Positions 56,701 through 64,000 of a stretch of DNA of 64,000 bases are shown here, piece after piece; position 1 is the first letter of the stretch; the number at the start of each line of letters is the position of its first letter. A model generated the notes under the pieces. The model saw nothing but the letters and a program-made list of their open reading frames with translations, had not been told where the DNA came from and did not search any database. Both the position numbers and the translations under genes were made by a program. The stretch comes from Podarcis melisellensis (Eukaryota): NCBI GenBank assembly GCA_964234715.1, contig OZ174279.1; one strand, 5' to 3'.

Positions 56701-59700
56701 CAAGCTGAACAGCAATACCTAAGATGAGGTGGGAAAGGAGGATACTGAAACTGTAGGGGAAATGTCCCTCAACTGCTGTTTGCAAAGCTAGCATATCTAT
56801 TTTATTTAGAACATTGTACTCTGTTTTAGTGGCAGCCGCCACTAAAATACAACAAAATACATAGGACCCCTGTCTTGCAAATGTGCCTTTAAATTGAAAC
56901 ATGTAAAAGTATGCTGTTCATGAAGGACGGCACTTGTTAGTTCAAGTTTGCTTACGAAAGCAGAGCTGATTCACATGCCATTTGTGTTCAGGGTATATTC
57001 CTCCCTGCTATACTGTTCACATACACATTATGTGCAGGAGGACATTCCTTGCAAAGACGATCCCTTAAAGTGAATTCATGCTGGTTTCTAAAACACACAA
57101 CAATCATTCCCCTCTCTATGATAGATACGGGCACCTTGTCAAGGCTCTGCTATTGTGTGTCCACATGAATAACCCACACAAGAACAGTTCAAATGCTCCA
57201 CTTTAAATGAGAACTGATGTATCTAATCTCCTATAGGATAAATTATAATGTGTTAAGGATTTGTCAAACTATTCCATGTGAACGTAACTGCAGATGCAAA
57301 GCCACACTTAATGGACAGAAACACCACATAAGGATGGCTTGAAACTTATGAAGTAAAAGCTAAGTATTCATGTTCAATTCAATTCACTGAAATGTGAATT
57401 ATTGGTAAGACTCAGGGTCATCATTCCATACCTGAGCATGCTTTCATGAGCATCTTCAGAGGTCCCATGGTGTACATTAGCCCAACAAGAATACCTGCCA
57501 GATGCCCTGCAAAAGAGGTCCTAAAAAGAAAGCAATCCTTTGTGAGAGGTTGTATTGCTCATGATTAGATACATTCTGTACCCTCATTATCCCAAATCAG
57601 ACCAATTAGTCAGTTTGCAGCCTATGCTCCACTTGGTGCATTTTAAATTGTGAAGACTTTAATATAACCAAAGGAACAACATGTATTTCACTGTCCAATT
57701 TTTTGGGGAAATAATGAGCGAAAAGAACACTGTGGTCTTTATGGATTATTTATGATCCAATAGGGCTCCTCTGATGTACTAACTTGTACAGCCATATTCA
57801 GAGACTTTATTAATTCTGCAAATTCCAATACAGAAAAAGTTAGGGTTTACCTATCAATTAAGAACTATTGCTCACTTACTGACAGGTGCATCAAAATGGT
57901 TAAGGATTTTCACAAGAAAGAAAAAACTGAAACTTGGCACAAATCTGGTCTGAGACTTTTTTTGCACAGACAGATACTAACTAGTCAAAAAATTAATTTA
58001 GTTGGAAAAGATTAAAAATTAAACAACATTAGCATGAAAAAATATCACTGAAAAAATATTGGGTGTTTGCAAGCTAATTGTTCTTTTAAGCTAACTTCAA
58101 ATAACAAGTTACTTTAGATGATAGATAGATGATAGATAATTAGATAGAGAAATGATAGCATTCCAGGGGCAAGAATCATGTAGTTTCCAAGACATTTAAT
58201 ATTCAAACTAATTACTCAGGTTCCCTAGGAAATTAGAGACACTAGGGTCCTTAGTGCCCAGGGCACTTTTTTCATTCCAGATGGCCATGAGGAAGGTTTT
58301 CCTCATAGAAAAACCTCCCTACAGGTAAGCATGCGGGTTGGGGGGTGTGAGAGAAGCAGTGGCAAGGAGTGATGGCACTGGAGAAAGCTTGGCTCATAAA
58401 AAGCTGAGGAGAGGAATTACTGAGTTCATCATTACAAGCCTCCAAGTCACTTGAAAATCCCCTTTTAGTATCCAACTGTAGCTAGAGTACTAGGCATACA
58501 CCAAACTAGAACTTGCTAGAATTTTAACCATGTCTCTCTTCCACATCCATTCACAAATGGCCAAAATGCACCATAAGCATCCTTCCAAAACACTCCAGTC
58601 GCCTTTTATTGGGCTGAAAGCAGAAACTGTAGCAGCTTGGACCTATGTGGCTCTGCTTCTTCACATTTCTTTTATCTGCTTGTTGAGGGGTAGAAGATGG
58701 GTGTGAACATTTTCAAGTCACATCTCTTTTGTTTTGCGAAAGTTTGATCTGGAAAAGTTCAAAGAGTTTTGTCTTGATGGAGACTTATATCTGAGACTAC
58801 ATCATTAGTTGACCTCCTTTCTACTGAGAGGCCAGATTAAATAAAGTGTGCTTAAAAACAGAGTGATAAAAGAATGGATGAACTGACTCCTAGTGCGAAA
58901 ATCCACAAAACTTCAAGCCAAGAGCGGGAGAAAGCATAGCCTATCATGGAAATAAACCCATGGTAGATACAGCCAACTGCACAATTTATGTTCTTTATTG
59001 CTAAATTAAAACTATACAAAGTAGGCTGTGTAGTAAAGGATAATAGAGTTGAGACAGCATTTGAATGCAAATGAGCCTGGATTAAACAAAAACCAACTGA
59101 TTTAAAGCTGTTCTGTACAGAAAACTTCTATTGTTCCTTACTGTTAGCTAGCATTCCCATTTCTGGTTATTTTGCAATTAAGTTGAAGTGTTGAATAAGG
59201 ATTTGCCAGCCCGAATTTGACTAAAAGTGGTGGTTCTCCAGTTAGCATCATTCAGAACCTTTTCTTCACTCATGACAGAAAGCAGGGGAAGGAAGGAACC
59301 CTATGTGGCACCAAGAAAATACCCATTTCCTGCACAGTATTGTGTATCTCTAAAAATTAATTAAAACATTCTAGTCCTTCAACATACAACAGAAGAAACT
59401 GTTTCCAAAACACCTCTTGCTAAAAAGCATTGCTACACTATAGAAAAATGATGCCAATTGCATTCCTTACTTGATATTCTGAATACATGAGACTGTTATC
59501 AGCAGTTGTCATGGAATCAGCCATCACGGATTATTGCATCTTATCCTATCAGGCTATTACCTAACAATGACAGACATTGTTCTTTGTACAGGGTTGGTAA
59601 CAACAATTTCCAAACAAATTAAGGTGACTCTAATCAGTAAAGCTTGCAGATAAAATTAAAATCCAAGCAAATACCCTAATCCTGGCAATGAAAGCCACCC

Positions 59701-62326
59701 CTACAAGATCTTATAGCACTTCTTGGAGATTCTCAGGTTCAAAAGCCAAGTCAACTCTTCCAGTGGGGTATGAATCTTCTGATTTGGAGGCAGCCAACAT
59801 GAACACACTTACCAGTTACTGTATATTATACTGGCATAACAAAAAGCAGACAAGGATTAAGCAGGAAAAGAACATGTTAAAACGTTTGCCCAGTAAAATG
59901 TTTGCCCCTAAGAGCTGGATTTAGCAGCTCTCAGAATAAAAAATGCTATAAACAAAGAGATTGCCACTCTTATATTAAACATTTGACCAGTGATTTTGCC
60001 TACACTGGAATAGAAGAGGATGATGGTTGGCACATCCCATTCTGAGCACTTGTTGATACAGCAAGCCTCAAGGGGATAATAAAAGTTTATGTGCACTTGC
60101 AATTCAACACATTAATAATGGTAGCCATCCTCTAAAGTGGAGAGGAAAAGGAATTCTTACTTAAGTAAGTGAATTTGTGAGACGAAAAAATTTGTAACTA
60201 CAGAAAACGAACTGTATATGATGAGTATGATGCATCAGTTCACACATAGTGGCAAGACAGAAGAATGAGTGGGATGGTAGAGGGAGTTGGGAAAGAAACT
60301 GAGTGAAGAGCAGGTGTGATTTGAGAAGGGTGAGTCAAGGAAGCCAAAAATGAGTTGGGGGCGGGAGAGTTGACAAAAAAGAACCTTTGTGGGGAAAGGA
60401 AACAAACACACCCCTTGAATTGGAGAGGGATAGAAACCTTTCCTACTCAATTTTTCAGCTCAATTTTTAAGTTTAAGATGAATTTCTGCACCCTGGCTGC
60501 TTATTTTTCCAAAAAAGACCCAACAACCCAGTTTGGGTTTGTGATTATTTTAAAATTGCTATGTTCTAAGCAGTAAGAAAGGATAGAAAAGAAGTATGAA
60601 AAAGAAAGCCTGCTTAAATCAAAACAATCTGCTTGGATTAAAAAAACAACACTTCAGTGTTTGGAAGGAGTAAGTCACATAAACCAGAAAGTATAGAATA
60701 TGTGGCAAGAAGGAGGGTGAAACACTGTTAAAACTGATGTTAAGAGTAGGGTGCTCTGAATCAGGAAGCAAGCACTGCAAACTAGCAGAACTACAATGGG
60801 CATAAACGAGACATGATTATCAGTGATGTGCTAAATGTAGTTCCTATGCTAATCTATGCCTAATCTATGTCTCAAAAACTCACAAATTGTAAATGTCATT
60901 AAAAGCTCAAAGGTACAATAAAAATTGATTCCTATGCATATTTTATCATAAAAATGTGCTGTTTTACTTTATTGTAAACAGCCCTATTTCTTTGAAATGA
61001 AATAAATACATTTTCCTCCCCAGAAAGCTTCTCTGTATATGCCATTTGAACATGTTCCCCAGTTTTCTTATAAAAACATACATTCCAGAAGGGATGCAGG
61101 CTTTACTCTATTCGTAATGACATCCATATAAATATATAATTATTTAACGCAAGTTGTGGATAAGTCACAGGATACTTACCCAGGGTTCAGTAAGTGAATT
61201 GCTACAAGTTCCAACCAACAAGCATATTTATTGGATATAATAAATCCCATGACGTTGCTTGATCCACCTGGGTGATAGTAGTTGTTAAGAACTTTCAAAG
61301 CAAATAATACTCCTGAATCAAAATGAAGCAGAAAAACATATTAAGAGAAATTCTCATGTAATATGAAAAACAAAGAACATAGAAGTTTTGCTGTTCTTAA
61401 AATGCTTCCGTGCTCCATTAAGTGTCTTTGTTCACACTTCAAACAGATGAAAAGACAAACACGACTTTCTGCAAAATAATTTATCTCGGTATGGGTTGTA
61501 GCGGCATATAAATATGAAAATCTAGCTGCATGTGCATTTTAATGATTTTATTTTGAGTTGTCATTTTAAAAAAAAATACGAGGAAGTACATCAACACAAG
61601 AATCTGGTTATGTTCTTCAAGATTATTTAAATTTAGGGCGCAATCCTAAAACTGCATCTGTTGGGATGATTGGGGAAAATGCATCATAAGCATGCCCACA
61701 AAACAGAATGAAGCTAACAAAATTAGTTATGTAACTGAAAATAAGTATGTTCATAAGTACCTTGTGCTCATCATGCCCTTCAAGAACATGATTTTAACTC
61801 CAACTCCTAAATGCAAAGTATGATCCTTCTTTAGAAAAGCTAGCATTTCCAGTAAAAAATATTAATCTTGTGAAAAAGCAGTGGATATATTACCTGAAAA
61901 GCCAACAGCACAACTCTGTTTGTATGAAGGAACATCCAGAAGTTCTGCAAGGGCAAATTCCAGAAGCATGTACACAACTCCAATTAGCAGAGAAAATATT
62001 GTAATAATATATCCAAACCAAAAACTTCCAAGCCTCCTCTCCAACTTAATTCCTTTCCAAAGCAGGGAGACCATATTAAAATATAGATGCCAATCATCCA
62101 CATGGTGAAATGGTGAAAGATACAAACGATGCCAATCTCTTCTGTAAAGACACTCGGTGACACTGATGCATGTTTTGTCCAGTCGTTTCACGGGTTGTAA
62201 AAAGAGAAAAACGTTTGCTGCCAAAGTGGCAAGTGTCACAGGTGGAATGTTAGAAACTCCAACTTGGAAAATCTGAGAAAGTAGCAGAAATAGTCCAATA
62301 TTTGAACCTTTCTGTCTTCGGTGCAT
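44588..62326 (-). CDS. RHBDD1: Rhomboid domain-containing protein 1 (RHBDL4), ER intramembrane serine protease; complete CDS, 6 exons, 313 aa
   Basis: Exons 62326-61894, 61312-61180, 57520-57432, 56553-56500, 54507-54388, 44700-44588 total 942 nt in frame; motifs HHxDDWHLYFNM, GFSG (Ser144), SFAGHLAG (His195), UIM-like EEEQVERALRNSL, VBM-like EELRRQRLNRF. Confidence 0.95.
46555..46690 (+). mobile_element. L1-clade LINE ORF2 C-terminal fragment
   Basis: PAIEEWLIKLMDLAEMAKLT..IREK..F.QDWK resembles squamate L1 ORF2 C-termini. Confidence 0.5.
50190..50353. other. Assembly gap (164 N)
   Basis: Run of N in the last RHBDD1 intron. Confidence 1.
51475..51685. mobile_element. Tc1/mariner MITE
   Basis: TA|cagtggaacctcgggtt...aacccgaggtaccactg|TA. 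Confidence 0.8.
54388..54507 (-). CDS. RHBDD1: RHBDD1 coding exon 5, 120 nt (UIM)
   Basis: tag|(E)NFRHPGYPSHSTRDYSMYTGGLNEEEQVERALRNSLNDR-g|gtaagg. Confidence 0.88.
55328..55660. mobile_element. Left end of a Tc1/mariner-type element (family of 37382) carrying a 60-bp tandem repeat
   Basis: ctgtatttccccgtgtataagac...gggtcgtcttatacatggatagtgca matches the 37382 element; right TIR not found. Confidence 0.55.
55454..55600. repeat. 60-bp minisatellite, ~2.4 units
   Basis: attgggcgggtg recurs at exactly 60-nt spacing (55460, 55520, 55580). Confidence 0.9.
56500..56553 (-). CDS. RHBDD1: RHBDD1 coding exon 4, 54 nt
   Basis: tag|(G)GFRSQTDFSEQRNRYNT-g|gtaagt; phase 1-1; GGF start like the human exon. 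Confidence 0.75.
57432..57520 (-). CDS. RHBDD1: RHBDD1 coding exon 3, 89 nt (catalytic His)
   Basis: tag|(G)TSFAGHLAGILVGLMYTMGPLKMLMKACS-g|gtatgg. Confidence 0.93.
61180..61312 (-). CDS. RHBDD1: RHBDD1 coding exon 2, 133 nt
   Basis: cag|(G)VLFALKVLNNYYHPGGSSNVMGFIISNKYACWLELVAIHLLNP-gg|gtaagt. Confidence 0.93.
61894..62326 (-). CDS. RHBDD1: RHBDD1 first coding exon (433 nt coding)
   Basis: ATG at 62326; MHRRQKGSNIGLFLLLSQIFQVG...CAVGFS-g|gtaata. Confidence 0.95.
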
Positions 62327-63590
62327 AATCACTTCTTTTACTCAAAGATATTGCCACTTGAATACTGCTGAAATCCAAATATAGAAATGGAAGAATAGTA
62401 ATATGTTTGCAATAATTATAATCAATAACAAAACTTTAAACAGGAAGTTCATACTGGTTTTCTTGTATACAACTCACAGCAATGGAGAACAGGTTTTTAT
62501 AAAACCACTAAATGTCTGTGGGGCAGGGGAATAAATTGGTAGTGGCTAATGTCATCTAAGAAAAAAAGTTCAGCTTCTTAAGTATGGCCCATATAAGAGA
62601 AGTAAGGGGAATAAGCAGCACAAGAAGAACACCTGCAGTTCTGTAGGAAAAGTGTATTTTACCCCAGTAAAATAGAGGTGGGAAAACCTTTCTAGCCCAA
62701 GCAACAAATGTTCATTTGTTCACACATCCCTCTGTATTCTCAATCCATGGAAGCAAGGAGCATTATCAGAATTCAATGAAACACTGCAGGTAAGCAAAAA
62801 TATTAAGGAGGGTGCAAAATTGGGCTGTGAAGGAGGGGATGTGGCTGGAGTGGAGGCGCAGCCTACTGAGAGACCCAAGAGGCAGATGGAGCCACCTGTA
62901 GGGCAACATTTGGCCCTCAGGTCTGAGGTTCCCTATCAATGCAGTAAAGCAATGAACAGTTCCTCTTAATTGTCTGCAATATTTATAAATTTTATAGAGT
63001 TGTAAGTTCTTTCAGTCAATAAATTATTACATTTCCATATGGCTAAAATGCTATTTCTAAACAAAGGATAGTACTTTGTTTTCCGATAACACACACATAT
63101 TTAAGCAAGGATCTTATAAGAGGCATTCCCCCTGTGTGAGAGAGAGGGGAAGAGGACTCTTTGGAGATGGCATTTAAAGAGAAAGAGAAAGAGAAAGAGA
63201 GAGAAGAGATTGTTTGTCTAAGTATGCTGCCTAACTGAAGAAACTTCCTCAATTAATAAACACATCTTTAATAAATTAATATAACAGTCTTAGGAAGAGG
63301 TTATGATGACTTAACTGAAGTTTGTCAGCTCATAGGATATTTAAAACACAAAAATATTAAAGCTGTAATGTTTAATGGATTAATCTGTTATATATTCTTT
63401 GGAATAAACATGCAAAGAATCGAGTGGCATGAATTAAGAAACTTGATTTGATTTTAACTTTACCACTGAAATCATTGACACTTGTTTATCAATAGTCCCA
63501 TTTTGGCTAAATAGCTGTCATAACTTGGTATCCTAGTTCACGATCAGTATGTGATACTAAAGGTTGCATGCAAAAGCACATATTAAGAGA

Positions 63591-63742
63591 NNNNNNNNNN
63601 NNNNNNNNNNNNNNNNNNNNNNNNNNNNNNNNNNNNNNNNNNNNNNNNNNNNNNNNNNNNNNNNNNNNNNNNNNNNNNNNNNNNNNNNNNNNNNNNNNNN
63701 NNNNNNNNNNNNNNNNNNNNNNNNNNNNNNNNNNNNNNNNNN
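63591..63742. other. Assembly gap (152 N)
   Basis: Run of N next to an L2 3' end. Confidence 1.
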
Positions 63743-64000
63743 ATCTCGCTGAGTTTCCCCAGCCACTCTGGGCGTCTCCCAATCGAGGGCTAAAAACAAT
63801 ACAGCGTTAAATATTAAAAACTTCCCTAAACAGGGCTGCCTTCAGATGTCTTTTAAAGATAAGATAGCTGCTTATTTCCTTCACATCTGAAGGGTGGCGT
63901 ACCACAGGGTGAGTGCCACTACCGAGAAGGCCCTCTGTCTGGTTCCCTGTAACCTTACTTCTCGCAATGAGGGAACCGCCTGAAGGCCCTCAGCGCTGGA
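63743..64000 (-). mobile_element. L2 LINE 3' end (runs off the window; tail in gap)
   Basis: - strand encodes SSAEGLQAVPSLREVRLQGTRQRAFSVVA...FKRHLKAALFREVF* with one frameshift; the same 3' terminus occurs at ~32360-32428. Confidence 0.75.

Noticed and set aside
50084-63810. ORFs containing X runs
   Set aside because: Artefacts of reading through N gaps
1-64000. A novel multi-gene or prokaryote-type system (operon, CRISPR, defence island)
   Set aside because: The window is explained by two spliced vertebrate genes plus TEs; there is no repeat-spacer array and no unexplained long ORF (longest is 200 aa, antisense to a collagen exon)

Overview
This is eukaryotic genomic DNA from a squamate reptile, probably a lacertid lizard (inferred from Sauria SINEs with (ACCTTT)n tails and squamate-type L2/CR1/RTE/L1 fragments). 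It holds two convergent spliced genes. (1) + strand, 1303-36558: the last 34 coding exons of type IV collagen alpha-4 (COL4A4; equivalent to human exons 15-48), 1400 codons plus stop, in frame across every junction and ending in a 12-Cys NC1 domain. The 5' part lies before the window. (2) - strand, 62326-44588: the complete CDS of rhomboid protease RHBDD1/RHBDL4 (6 coding exons, 313 aa, Ser144/His195 dyad, UIM, p97-binding motif). The tail-to-tail RHBDD1-COL4A4 arrangement matches mammalian synteny. Introns hold many SINEs, MITEs and LINE fragments, and there are two N gaps. I found no evidence of a new multi-gene system. The best leads are at the splicing level: a 9-nt microexon that switches KGD to CRGD, a GC-AG intron, excess AAG acceptors, exon-length changes that cancel out, and a candidate RHBDD1 poison exon. 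There is also a candidate RFX enhancer and a transposon-borne CCAAT/GC-box minisatellite. Human comparisons are from memory and need checking by alignment.
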